A DNA stretch of 64,000 bases from NCBI RefSeq assembly GCF_020745735.1, contig NC_083444.1:806001-870000 (forward strand), written 5' to 3'. The notes beneath the pieces are model-generated. The model searched no databases. It was not told where the DNA came from and saw nothing but the letters and a program-made list of their open reading frames with translations. Source of the DNA: Hemiscyllium ocellatum. Lineage: Eukaryota. The position numbers were made by a program, and so were the translations under genes. Every line of letters starts with the position of its first letter. The stretch's first letter is position 1. Positions 12,717 to 24,868 of this stretch are shown piece by piece.

Positions 12717-13365
12717 TATCACAAAACGTGTCCCTTTTTTTTACTAAAACCTGTTCCCTGGCCCAAGGAGACTCTGTCCTTGACGTTTCTCAGAGGGACA
12801 ATAAACCAAGCCGGGCTCCGATCAGGCTGCTCTGGTACAGAGATGAAAAGGAGTTTGAGAGACCTTTTGCTTCTGTGTAAACAGATGAGACTTCAGGCCA
12901 AAGGGGTCATGTTTTAGAAGTGACCTGTATAACAAGAGGGGAGTGGTCAGCTCTTTCGCTGAGCTGAGCAGTTTTAGTTCCGTGTTGAACTGATTGGAAG
13001 TTTAACAGGGAGCTGTTTGGAAACTCTCTCTCTCTCCTTCCTGCCTTCAACTATAACCTATAAGCACATGTTCCATTTACACTGGGTGATAACAGGAATT
13101 TGCCTATTGGGATGGTTGTGTATACTCGGAACAGCATAATTAAGTCTAGCTGGATAAGGTTGAGTTCTGTAGAGGTTCTTTATTCTGTGCTTTGTGTTTC
13201 ATTATGTAATTTTGTGTATTATTTTTGCTGTTTTAAACTCTAGTAGTGAACCTAGTTAACTTACTCCAGGTAATTTTCATTGTAAACTTACCGAAACCGA
13301 TACAAAGTTATGGTCTGAGCTGGCTGGTTAAGAATGTTTTGAGAAGTCTGGCCTAGTGCACAACA
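12717..13365 (+). repeat. 3' LTR preceded by polypurine tract (12708-12716)
   Basis: tatcacaaaacg...gcacaaca; repeat of the 5' LTR. Confidence 0.9.
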
Positions 13366-13369
13366 TCAC

Positions 13370-13850
13370 CAAAATTGGAGGTGTAGTGGGCAGCGAAGAG
13401 GGTTACCTCAGATTACAACAGGATCTGGACCAGATGGGCCAATGGGCTGAGGAGTGACAGATGGAGTTTAATTCAGATAAATGTGAGGTGCTGCATTTTG
13501 GGAAAGCAGATATTAACAGGACTTATACACTTAATGGTAAGGTTCTAGGGAGTGTTGCTGAACAAAGAGACCTTGGAGTGCAGGTTCATAGCTCCTTGAA
13601 AGTGGAGTCGCAGGTAGATAGGATAGTGAAGAAGGCGTTTAGTATGCTTTCCTTTATTGGTCAGTGTATTGAGTACAGGAGTTGGGAGGTCAAGTTGCGG
13701 CTGTACAGGGCATGGGTTAGGCCACTGTTGGAATATTGTGTGCAATTCTGGTCTCCTTCCTATCGGAAAGATGTTGTGAAACTTGAAAGGGTTCATAAAA
13801 GATTTACAAGGATGTTGCCAGGGTTAGAGGGTTTAAGATACAGGGAGAGG
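13370..13850 (+). mobile_element. CR1 RT fragment, right part, continuing 7935-8412
   Basis: Resumes KIGGVV...MEFNSDKCEVLHFG...LEYCVQFWSP. Confidence 0.95.
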
Positions 13851-14142
13851 GATAGAAATGGGGGAACAGGGTGGGGGAAGAGGGACAGGAATGGGGAACA
13901 GGGTGGGGGGAGAGGGACAGGAATGGGAGAACAGGGTGGGGAGAGGGACAGGAATGGGGGAACGGGATGGGGGGAAGAGGCACAGGAATGGGGGAACGGG
14001 GTGGGGGGGAGAGGGACAGGAATGGGGGAATGGGGTGGGGAGAGGGACAGGAATGGGAGAACGGGGTGGGGGGAGAAGGACAGGAATGGGGGAACGGGGT
14101 GGGGGGAGAGGGACAGGAATGGGGGAACGGGGTGGGGGGAGA
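13845..14142 (+). repeat. G-rich ~32-bp minisatellite related to 7498-7925
   Basis: gagagggacaggaatgggggaacggggtgggg units. Confidence 0.9.
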
Positions 14143-14273
14143 GCTGAAATCCGTGATCACTGGTCTGTGTGAGAGGGGCAATAAATACCCCGGCCTGGAG
14201 GAACCCCATCATTTACCCCGACAGCTCCAACACAGACACACGGGGTAGTTACAAACCCATGAGTCTCGTCTGC

Positions 14274-14293
14274 TTTATTTAATGCAATTTATT
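14274..14293 (-). terminator. FBXO24: Putative FBXO24 polyadenylation signals (two AATAAA)
   Basis: tttatt at 14274-14279 and 14288-14293; GU-rich element downstream on the minus strand; ~700 nt after the stop. Confidence 0.7.
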
Positions 14294-14449
14294 GCCATAA
14301 AAACACAAATTTAAGTTGGCTTTTCTTGGGGCCTTGGCTGAAGGGTTAAACGTAGTAAATTTTCATACATTTACTGGGGGGGTGGGGCGACGTTCAAAAA
14401 CACCCAGCTTTTCTTGTGAGGGGGGAGGGAGGAGAATTGACGGAATGAG

Positions 14450-14965
14450 TGGATGGGGAGCACTGAGTGGAGTGTGGGGGTGTGGGTGGGGGAGATGGGG
14501 AGCAGTGAGGGGAGTGTGGGGGTGTGGATGGGGGAGATGGGGAGCGGTGAGGGGACTGTGGGTGGGGGAGACGGGGAGCGGTGAGGGGGGTGTGAGGGTG
14601 TGGGTGGGGGAGACGGGGAGCGATGAGGGGAGTGTGGGGGTGGGGGTGTGGGTGGGGGAGACAGGGAGCGATGAGGGGAGTGTGGGGGTGTGGTGGGGGA
14701 GACGGGGAGCGATGAGGGGAGTGTGAGGGTGTGGGTGGGGGAGACGGGGTTGGTGAGGGACATGTGCTTGGGGGAGACGGGGAGCGGTGAGGGGGGTGTG
14801 GGTGGGGGAGACAGGGACCGATGAGGGGAGATGGAGAGCAGTGAGGGGGGTGTGGGTGGGGGAGACGGGGAGCGGTGTGTGGGTGGGGGAGATGGGGAGC
14901 ACTGAGGGGAGTGTTGGGGTGTGGGAGACGGGGAGCAGTGAGGGGAGTGTTGGGGAGACGGGGTT
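14450..14965 (+). repeat. Minisatellite within the putative FBXO24 3' UTR
   Basis: gtgggtgggggagacggggagcgatgagggg units. Confidence 0.85.
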
Positions 14966-14989
14966 TGGGGGTGGACAGGGAGTGGTGGG

Positions 14990-15334
14990 TCACAGTGTGC
15001 TGCTGTCCTGAGTTGTCACAGCCACGGACACACCGGTCGAACGCTGTAAGGTGCTGAGGGCGTCTTGGAGGAAGTCTTTCTGGTATCCACACAGACCCAT
15101 CTGGTTAATAATCTCCTTCATCTTGTCAATCTGCTCGTCCAGGTTACAGCAGCTCTCCAGCTGTTTCAGGTAATGGGTACACATCTGACTGGTCTCCATC
15201 TCCGAGTCGAGACCCTGTGAACGACCTTTAGTACAGGGAAGCTCCCGGAACACCAACACATCACTGATATCATAGCACGCCAACATATACAGACACTCCC
15301 GCGTGGAGCACAGCACTTTGGTACAGTGTGGAAC
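14990..15334 (-). CDS. FBXO24: FBXO24 coding exon 10, last (VPHCTKVLCSTRECLYML...QKDFLQDALSTLQR...TL*)
   Basis: ctctag acceptor, TGA at 14992-14990; resembles human ALCATRECLYIL...KMKEI...QKDFFWEALDMLQR. Confidence 0.93.
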   Translation of the reverse strand, partial: VPHCTKVLCSTRECLYMLACYDISDVLVFRELPCTKGRSQGLDSEMETSQMCTHYLKQLESCCNLDEQIDKMKEIINQMGLCGYQKDFLQDALSTLQRSTGVSVAVTTQDSSTL

Positions 15335-15496
15335 CTAGAGGCCATGGAGACAATATCAACATCCACTTAGATACAGCGCAGAAATAGACCCTTCAGCCCA
15401 TCATAGAATCCCTACTGTGTCGAATCAGGCCGTTCGGCCCCACTCTGACCAACTTTTCTAAACTGAACTAGTCCCACTTGCCTGCGTTCGGCCATT

Positions 15497-17437
15497 ACGT
15501 AAGGTTGAGGAGGCAAGGATCAGACAGGGCTCGAGAGGGTTACAAGGTGACCAGGAAGGAACTGAACGATGGACTGAGGAGAGCCAGGAGGGGGCATGAG
15601 GAAGCCTTGGTGGGTAGGATTTATCAAACCCCCCCTCCAAGGTGTTCTATACTCGGGAGGAACAAGAGAATGGCCCGAGTGAGGGTCGGGCTGATCAGCG
15701 ATGGTGGAGGGGACTTGCCCCAGGGGTCGGAGCAGGTAGGGGAGGCCCTGAATGAATACTTTGCTTCAGTATTCACCACTGAGAGGGACCTTGACGTTTG
15801 TGAGGACAGGGTGAGACAGGCTGATCTACTCAAACAGGTTGTCGTTAGGAAGGAGGATGTGCTGAGAATTCTGAAAATGCTAAGGAGAGATAAATCCCCT
15901 GGGCCAGACGGGATATACCCGAGGTTACTACAGAAAGTGAGGGAAGAGGATTGCTGCACCTTTGGTGATGATCTCTGTGTCCTCACTGTCCACTGGAGTA
16001 GTGCCAGATGATGGGAGGGTGGAAAATGTTATTCCCTTGTTCAAGAAAGGGAATAGGGATAACCCTGGGAATGACAGACCAGTCAGTCTTATGTCTGAAG
16101 TGGGTAAAGAACTGGAGAGGATTCCGCGAGACAGGATTTATGGTTATTTGGAAAACCATGGTTTGATTAGAGATAGCCAACATGGCTTTGTGAGGGACAG
16201 GTCATGCCTCACAAACCTTATTGAGTTCTTTGAGGATGTGACAAAGCACATTGATGAAGGTAGAGCTTTGGTGTAGTGTACACGGAGTTAGCAAGGTGTG
16301 TGATAAGGTTCCTCACGGTAGGCTTAGTCAGAAAGTAAGGAGACCTGGGATACAGGGAAACCTGCCTGTCTGGATACAGGATTGACTGGCCCAGAGAAGA
16401 CAGGGACTGGTGGTAAATGGGAAGTATTCATTGTGGATCTCGGTGACCAGTCGTGTTCCGCAGGGATTGGTTCTGGGATCTCTGCTCTTTGTGATGTTTA
16501 TAAATGACTTGGATGAGGAAGTGGAAGGGGGGGTTAGTAAGTTTGCTGATGACACGAAGGTTGGAGGAGTTGTGGATCGTGCGGAGAGCTGTTGTAAGTT
16601 GTAACGGAACATTGGCTGGACGCAGAGCTGGGCTGAGACGTGGCAGATGGAGTTCAACCTGGGAAAGTGAGAAGTGATTCCCTTTGGAAGGTGGGATTTG
16701 AATGCAGATTACAGGGTTAGAGGCAGGATTCTTGGCAGTGTGGAGGAACAGAGGGATCTTGGGCTCCATGTCCGTAGATCCCTCAAAGTTGCCCCCCAGG
16801 TTGATAGGGTTGTTAAGAAGGTTTCATGAGCAGAGGGATTGGGTTGAAGAGCCGCGAGGTTATGCTGCAGCTCTATAGAGCCCTGGTGAGACCACCCTGG
16901 GAATATTGTGTTCAGTTCTGGTCGCCTCATTATAGGAAGGATGTGGAAGCTTTAGAGAGGGTGCAGAGGAGATTTCCTGGGGTACTGCCTGGACTGGAGG
17001 GCGTGTCTTATGGAGAATGGTTGATGGAGCTAGGGGTTTTTCTCATTGGCGTGAATAATGATAAGCAGTGACTTGGTAGAGGCGTACAGGATAATGAGAG
17101 GCATCGATTGAGTGAGTAGCCAGAGACTTTTCCCCAGGGTGGGAATGGCTATCACGAGAGGCATCATTTGAAGGTGATTGGAGGAAGGTTTAGGGGAGAT
17201 ATCGGAGGGAGGTTCCTTACCCAGAGAGTGGGGGGGGGGGGGGGGAGATGCACTGCCAGCGGGGGGAGTAGAGTCAGAGGCATTAGGGACATTTCAGTGA
17301 CTCTTGGATAGGTCCATGGTGGACAGTACAATGTAGGGGATGGGAGTTAGTCTGATCTTAGAGTAGGATAGAAGGTCAGCACAACATCGAGGGCCGAAGG
17401 GCCTGGACTCTGCTGTGCTGTTCTATGCTCTATGTTT
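15497..17437 (+). mobile_element. Defective CR1 LINE (3' ~2 kb), copy A
   Basis: KSPGPDGIYP and RT motifs, 3' tail ctgtgctgttctatg; frameshifted. Confidence 0.95.
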
Positions 17438-17439
17438 GA

Positions 17440-17937
17440 AATCCCTCCAAACCCTTCCTATTCATATACCCATCCAAATGCCTCTTAAATGTTGCAATTG
17501 TACCAGCCTCCACCACTTCCTCTGGCAGCTCATTCCATACACGTACCACCCTCTGTGTGAAAACGTTGCCCCTTGGGTCTCTTTTATATCTTTCCCCTCT
17601 CACCCTAAACCTATACACTCTAGTTCTGGACTCCCCCACCCCAGGGAAGAGACTTTGCCTATTTACCCTATCCATGCCCCTCATGATTTTGTAAACCTCT
17701 GTAAGGTCACCCCTCAGCCTCCGACGCTCCAGGGAAAACAGCCCCAGCCTGTTCAGCCTCTCCCTGTAGCTCAGATCCTCCAACCCTGGCAACATCCTTG
17801 TAAATCTTTTCTGAACCCTTTCAAGTTTCACAACATCTTTCCGATAGGAAGGAGACCAGAATTGCACGCAATATTCCAACAGTGGCCTAACCAATGTCCT
17901 GTACGGCCGCAACATGACCTCCCAACTCCTGTACTCA
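17440..17937 (-). mobile_element. CR1 3' ORF2 fragment
   Basis: LVRPLLEYCVQFWSP...WNELP. Confidence 0.95.
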
Positions 17938-18265
17938 TGGGAGGAAATGGGCAGATTGTCTCCGATTGCGAGTCAGGGCTGCTCTACCAGAGATGCTGCA
18001 GGATGTGAATTGTTCACAGCTCAAGCACATTGTGAGAGGGGAGAGGTTGCAGAGGATGTTGGGAGGAAGCTGGGGAGCAGAACTGCAGACAGTTCCCCGG
18101 AAGTGGCTGCACCAACTTCCTGTACAACCTCAACATGACGTCCCAAGTAGATACGCGAGGGGTGTTTTCGGGGCTTGTAGATAAACACAGGAACATGCGA
18201 GGAATGGGGGGGGGGAAGATGGGCCCAGGCGGGAGTGGGCACTGCAGATGTGGAGGTTAGAGTCT

Positions 18266-18358
18266 AGATCAGAGTGGTGCTGGAAAAGCACAGCTGGTCG
18301 GGCAGCATCCGAGAAGCAGGAAAATCGACGTTTCGGGCAAGAGCCCTTCATCAGGAAT
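18266..18358 (-). ncRNA. Hammerhead-ribozyme-like motif in a Penelope-type repeat remnant
   Basis: Minus strand CTGATGA-a-gggc-tctt-gccc-GAAA-c-GTC (core 18327-18354). Confidence 0.65.
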
Positions 18359-18489
18359 CAGGATATGGACCAAGGGCAGGCAGAAAGGATTAGCTTAATT
18401 TGACACCATGTTCAACACAACACTGCGGGATGAATGTTCGATGTTTTACGTTCTAACTCCTTTATTCAAATTTTAACCCCCGTCTACCT

Positions 18490-19405
18490 GTGATTAACTT
18501 TCAGCGAATATGTACCTGAACCCCGAGATCTCTCTATTCAACAACTCTCCCCAGGGCACAACCGGTAACTGTAAAACTCCTGGCCCCTGTGTGTTTTCCC
18601 AAAATGCAGCACCTCGCATTTCTCCAAATTAAACTCCATCTGCCACTCCTCGGCCCATTGGCCCCTCTGATCACGATCCCTTGATAATCTCAGATATCCA
18701 TCTTCGCTGTCCGTTACACCACCATTCCTGGTGACATCCACAAACTTACTGACCATTCTATATTCTCATCCAAACCGTTTATATAAAGGGACAAACAGCA
18801 GTGGACCCAGCCCCGATCCTTGTGGTACTCCACTGGTCACAGGCCTCCAGTCTGAAAAACAACCCCCCACCACCCTCTGTCTCCAGCTGTTAACCCAATG
18901 ATCCCGTCTGATCGAACTTTCTGACGTGGGGAACCTTGTCAAAGTCACATAGACAACGTCTATCACTCTGCCCTCACCAATCCTCCTGGTTCCATCCTGA
19001 AAACATTCAGTCCAGTTTACAAGGCGTGATTTTCAACCCACAACTCCAAGCTGACTATACGTGAACACTCCCCGCCTGTCCAACAACATGGAAGTCCTCT
19101 CTCCCACAGAATGCCCTCCAACAGCGTACCCATCACCAATGTCAGGCTCTCTGATCTATAATTCCCAGCATGCTCCCACCTGCCTCCCTTAAATAAAGGC
19201 ACACCATTAGCCACCCGCCAGTTCCCCAGCATCTCACCCGTGGCAAGAGATGATACAAATGTGTGTATGAGGGACCCTGCAGTTTCCTCCTCACCTTCCC
19301 CCAGTGTCCTGGGATACACGGGATCGGGTCCCCGGTGTCCTGGGATACACGTGATCGGGTCCTGGATATTTATCCATCTTTGTGTTTTTATAAACCTCCA
19401 GCACT
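18490..19405 (-). mobile_element. Old degenerate CR1 RT fragment
   Basis: GVPQGS, WQMEFN and WRVANGVPLFK remnants. Confidence 0.85.
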
Positions 19406-19477
19406 TACTCACCGAGCTTCCAACTCCTGACACTCAGCAAATCAATTCCTACACGGTACTCACTCCGACAGTGCCCA

Positions 19478-21378
19478 CTCCCTCAGCACTGACCCTCCGA
19501 CAGTGCCCACTCCCTCAGCACTGACCCTCCGACAGTGCCCACTCCCTCAGCACTGACCCTCCGTCAGTGCCCACTCCCTCAGCACTGACCCTCCGACAGT
19601 GCCCACTCCCTCAGCACTGACCCTCCAACTGTGCCCACTCCCTCTGCACTGACCCTCCAACAGTGCCCACTCCCTCAGCACTGACCCGCCAAAAGTGCAG
19701 CACTCCCTCAGCACTGACCCTCCGACAGTGCGGCGCTCCCTCAGCACTGACCCTCCGACAGTGCCCACTCCCTCAGCACTGACCCTCTGACAGTGCCCAC
19801 TCCCTCCGCACTGACCCTCCAACAGTGCCCACTCCCCTCAGCACTGACCCTCCGACAGTGCCCACTCCCTCAGCACTGACCCTCCAACAGTGCGGCGCTC
19901 CCTCAGCACTGACCCTCCGACAGTGCCCACTCCCTCAGCACTGACCCTCCGACAGTGCCCACTCCCTCCGCACTGACCCTCCAACAGTGCCCACTCCCCT
20001 CAGCACTGACCCTCCGACAGTGCCCACTCCCTCAGCACTGACCCTCCGACAGTGCCCACTCCCTCAGCACTGACCCTCCGACAGTGCCCACTCCTTCAGC
20101 ACTGACCCTCCGACAGTGCCCACTCCCTCAGCACTGACTCTCCGACAGTGCCCACTCCCTCAGCACTGATCCTCCGTCAGTGCCCACTCCCTCAGCACTG
20201 ACCCTCCGACAGTGCCCACTCCCTCAGCACTGACCCTCCAACCGTGCCCACTCCCTCCGCACTGACCCTTCGACAGTGCCCACTCCCTCAGCACTGACCC
20301 ACCAAAAGTGCAGCACTCCCTCAGCACTGACCCTCCGACAGTGCGGCACTCCCTCAGCACTGACCCTCCGACAGTGCCCACTCCCTCAGCACTGACCCTC
20401 CGACAGTGCCCACTCCCTCCGCACTGACCCTCCAACAGTGCCCACTCCTCTCAGCACTGACCCTCCAACAGTGCCCACTCCCCTCAGCACTGACCCTCCG
20501 ACAGTGCCCACTCCCTCAGCACTGACCCTCCGACAGTGCCCACTCCCTCAGCACTGACCCTCCGACAGTGCCCGGTCCCTCAGCACTGACCCTCCGACAG
20601 TGCCCACTCCCCTCAGCACTGACCCTCCGACAGTGCCCACTCCCTCAGCACTGACCCTCCGACAGTGCCCACTACCTCAGCACTGACCTTCAGCAAGTGT
20701 GGCGCTCCCTCAGCACTGACCCTCCGACAGTGCCCACTCCCTCAGCACTGACCCGCCAAAAGTGCAGCACTCCCTCAGCACTGACCCTCCGACAGTGCGG
20801 CGCTCCCTCAGCACTGACCCTCCGACAGTGCCCACTTCCTCAGCACTGACCCTCCGACAGTGCCCACTCCCTCCGCACTGACCCTCCAACAGTGCCCACT
20901 CCCCTCAGCACTGACCCTCCGACAGTGCCCACTCCCCTCAGCACTGACCCTCCGACAGTGCCCACTCCCTCAGCACTGACCCTCCGACAGTGCCCACTCC
21001 CTCAGCACTGACCCTCCGACAGTGCCCACTCCCTCAGCACTGACCCTCTGACAGTGCCCGGTCCCTCAGCACTGACCCTCCGACAGTGCCCACTCCCCTC
21101 AGCACTGACCCTCCGACAATGCCCACTCCCTCAGCACTGACTCTCCGACAGTGCCCACTCCCTCAGCACTGACCCTCAGACAGTGCGGCGCTACCTCAGC
21201 ACTGACCCTCCGACAGTGCCCACTCCCTCAGCACTGACCCTCCGACAGTGCCCACTCCCTCAGCACTGACTCTCCGACAGTGCCCACTCCCTCAGCACTG
21301 ACCCTCCGACAGTGCCCACTCCCTCAGCACTGACCCTCCGACAGTGCCCACTCCCTCAAGACTGACTCTCCAACAGTG
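19478..21378 (-). repeat. 32-bp minisatellite family (agggagtgggcactgtcggagggtcagtgctg), array 1
   Basis: About 59 units. Confidence 0.97.
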
Positions 21379-21580
21379 ATGGGCGTCCCCCTGGTCACTC
21401 AGACTGACCACTGTGTGCGAGCTGCTGGGTGTAGGAGTGTACACACACGTTAATGTCCCTGTCCCGAGTGCGCTGTCCGGGGTGGGTTTGTGTTCGGTGG
21501 GGAAGCTGGTGTTCACTGTGGAGTGAGAGGGGAGCGGGGGAGAGTCAGTGTCACTGTGTGAGGGCGGGGAGAGGACTCAC

Positions 21581-21751
21581 CTGAACGTAGAGTTTGACAA
21601 AGAAGGCACTGCCTTTGGGGAACCCTGGGAGACGTCCTCCTGCCCCACACCCACAGCCGTGTATCTCTTTACTGTAGTCACTGCCTTGTGATAGCACCAG
21701 CGAGTGGTTCAGGCCACACCAAATATCCAGAGGCCTTTTCAGGTACGGCAC
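21581..21751 (-). CDS. FBXO24: FBXO24 coding exon 9 (VPYLKRPLDIWCGLNHSLVLSQ...GCGCGAGGRLPGFPKGSAFFVKLYVQ)
   Basis: aag acceptor, gtgagt donor, 171 nt; RCC1-like repeat. Confidence 0.95.
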
Positions 21752-22109
21752 CTTGGGTACAGGGAAGGGGAGGGAGAAAGGAGAGGTTCGTTACCAGGGA
21801 GACCGACCTGTGGCTCACTCGGAGCCCCACCCGACCCTCAGTTCACGGCCCCCCACCCCGGGGAGACACAGACATGGAACTGTCAATCCAAACCGCCTGA
21901 GCCCCGGGGTGTGGGGTTGGGGGGGTGGGGGCTCCCCAGCACGTCTGTCTCCCCGCGTGGAAGCTGTGACTAAACTCGAGTCAGGACGAGAGCAGAGAAA
22001 GCATGAACCAACCACCATCACAGCCCCTGCGCTGGAAACAGTGTAGAGGGAGCTTTACTCTATATCTAACCCCGTGCTGTCCCTGTTCTGTGAGTGTTTG
22101 ATGGGGGAC

Positions 22110-24736
22110 TGTACATGGTGTGTGTGAGAAGGGTGTGTCAGACTGTACCCGGTGTATGTGTGAAGGGGGTATCAGACTGTACCCGGTGTATGTGTGAAGG
22201 GCGTGTCAGACTGTACCCGGTGTATGTGTGAAGGTGTGTCAGACTGTACCCAGTGTGTGTGTGAAGGGAGTGTCAGACTGTACCCGGTGTACGTGTGAAG
22301 GTGTGTCAGACTGTACCCGGTGTATGTGTGAAGGTGTGTCAGACTGTACCCAGTGTGTGTGTGAAGGGCGTGTCAGACTGTACCCGGAGTGTGTGAAGGG
22401 CGTGTCAGACTGTACCCGGTGTATGTGTGAAGGGGGTGTCAGACTGTACCCGGTGTGTGTGTGAAGGGTGTGTCAGACTGTACCCGGTGTATGTGTGAAG
22501 GTGTGTCAGACTGTACCCGGTGTACGTGTGAAGGGTGTGTCAGACTGTACCCAGTGTATGTGTGAAGGTGTGTCAGACTGTACCCGGTGTGTGTGTGAAG
22601 GTGTGTCAGACTGTACCCGGTGTGTGTGTGAAGGGCGTGTCAGACTGTACCCGGTGTACGTGTGAAGGGTGTGTCAGACTGTACCCGGTGTACGTGTGAA
22701 GGGTGTGTCAGACTATACCCAGTGTATGTGTGAAGGTGTGTCAGACTGTACCCAGTGTGTGTGTGAAGGGCGTGTCAGACTGTACCCGGTGTATGTGTGA
22801 AGGTGTGTCAGACTGTACCCGGTGTACGTGTGAAGGGTGTGTCAGACTGTACCCAGTGTGTGTGTGAAGGGTGTGTCAGACTGTACCCGGTGTGTGTGTG
22901 AAGGGCGTGTCAGACTGTACCCGGTGTGTGTGTGAAGGGAGTGTCAGACTGTACCCGGTGTACGTGTGAAGGGAGTGTCAGACTGTACCCGGTGTGTGTG
23001 TGAAGGTGTGTCAGACTGTACCCGGTGTATGTGTGAAGGTGTGTCAGACTGTACCCGGTGTACGTGTGAAGGGAGTGTCAGACTGTACCCGGTGTACGTG
23101 TGAAGGGAGTGTCAGACTGTACCCGGTGTGTGTGTGTGAAGGGAGTGTCAGACTGTACCCGGTGTGTGTGTGAAGGGCGTGTCAGACTGTACCCGGTGTA
23201 CGTGTGAAGGGTGTGTCAGACTGTACCCGGTGTACGTGTGAAGGTGTGTCAGACTGTACCCGGTGTGTGTGTGAAGAGTGTGTCAGACTGTACCCGGTGT
23301 GTGTGTGAAGTGCGTGTCAGACTGTACCCGGTGTGTGTGTGAAGGGCGTGGTCAGACTGTACCCGGTGTACGTGTGAAGGTGTGTCAGACTGTACCCGGT
23401 GTGTGTGTGAAGGTGTGTCAGACTGTACCCGGTGTACGTGTGAAGGTGTGTCAGACTGTACCCGGTGTAGGTGTGAAGGTGTGTCAGACTGTACCCGGTG
23501 TACGTGTGAAGGTGTGTCAGACTGTACCCGGTGTACGTGTGAAGGGTGTGTCAGACTGTACCCGGTGTGTGTGTGAAGGGAGTGTCAGACTGTACCCGGT
23601 GTACGTGTGAAGGGTGTCAGACTGTACCCGGTGTACGTGTGAAGGGTGTGTCAGACTGTACCCGGTGTGTGTGTGAAGGGAGTGTCAGACTGTACCCGGT
23701 GTGTGTGTGAAGGGTGTGTCAGACTGTACCCGGTGTACGTGTGAAGGTGTGTCAGACTGTACCCGGTGTACGTGTGAAGGGTGTCAGACTGTACCCGGTG
23801 TAGGTGTGAAGGGCGTGTCAGACTGTACCCGGTGTACGTGTGAAGGGAGTGTCAGACTGTACCCGGTGTGTGTGAAGGTGTGTCAGACTGTACCCGGTGT
23901 AGGTGTGAAGGGCGTGTCAGACTGTACCCGGTGTAGGTGTGAAGGGCGTGTCAGACTGTACCCGGTGTACGTGTGAAGGGAGTGTCAGACTGTACCCGGT
24001 GTACGTGTGAAGGGAGTGTCAGACTGTACCCGGTGTGTGTGAAGGTGTGTCAGACTGTACCCGGTGTAGGTGTGAAGGGCGTGTCAGACTGTACCCGGTG
24101 TACGTGTGAAGGGCGTGTCAGACTGTACCCGGTGTGTGTGTGAAGGGTGTGTCCGACTGTACCCGGTGTATGTGTGAAGGGAGTGTCAGACTGTACCCGG
24201 GGTATGTGTGAAGGGAGTGTCAGACTGTACCCGGTGTACGTGTGAAGGGCGTGTCAGACTGTACCCGGTGTGTGTGTGAAGAGAGTGTCAGACTGTACCC
24301 GGTGTGTGTGTGAAGGGCGTGTCAGACTGTACCCGGTGTGTGTGTGAAGGGCGTGTCAGACTGTACCCGGTGTGTGTGTGAAGGTGTGTCAGACTGTACC
24401 CGGTGTGTGTGTGAAGGGAGTGTCAGACTGTACCCGGTGTGTGTGTGAAGGGCGTGTCAGACTGTACCCGGTGTATGTGTGAAGGTGTGTCAGACTGTAC
24501 CCGGTGTGTGTGTGAAGGGCGTGTCAGACTGTACCCGGTGTGTGTGTGAAGGTGTGTCAGACTGTACCCGATGTGTGTGTGAAGGGAGTGTCAGACTGTA
24601 CCCGGTGTGTGTGTGAAGGGCGTGTCAGACTGTACCCGGTGTATGTGTGAAGGTGTGTCAGACTGTACCCGGTGTGTGTGTGAAGGGCGTGTCAGACTGT
24701 ACCCGGTGTGTGTGTGAAGGGCGTGTCAGACTGTAC
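22110..24736 (-). repeat. 33-34-bp minisatellite starting exactly at the exon 8 donor, ~78 copies
   Basis: Plus-strand unit gtcagactgtacccggtgtgtgtgtgaagggcgt. Confidence 0.97.
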
Positions 24737-24868
24737 CAGGGTGGGTTCTCCTCTGTCGATCTTGTCTCCTGTTCCCAGTTGCCCGTATCTGTTGTTCCCT
24801 TGCATGAAAATCCGCCCGAATTCATCCACCAATCCGAGATGGTTGTATCCCAGAGAGCAGCTGGTGAC
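24737..24868 (-). CDS. FBXO24: FBXO24 coding exon 8 (VTSCSLGYNHLGLVDEFGRIFMQGNNRYGQLGTGDKIDRGEPTL)
   Basis: cag acceptor, gtacag donor, 132 nt; RCC1 signature GNNRYGQLG. Confidence 0.96.

Larger units (their letters stand above)
8413..13365 (+). mobile_element. Degenerate Gypsy/Ty3 LTR retrotransposon, Gmr1-like (gag-PR-INT-[RT deleted]-RNase H)
   Basis: Two LTRs; TSD acac/tcac; PBS; PPT; zinc knuckle ~10280; DTG protease ~10550; integrase ~11250-11950; RNase H ~12150-12480; many stops and frameshifts. Confidence 0.92.

Noticed and set aside
22110-24736. CRISPR-like regular repeats (also the 32-bp and 40-bp arrays)
   Set aside because: Head-to-tail units with no unique spacers, no cas genes, vertebrate intronic context
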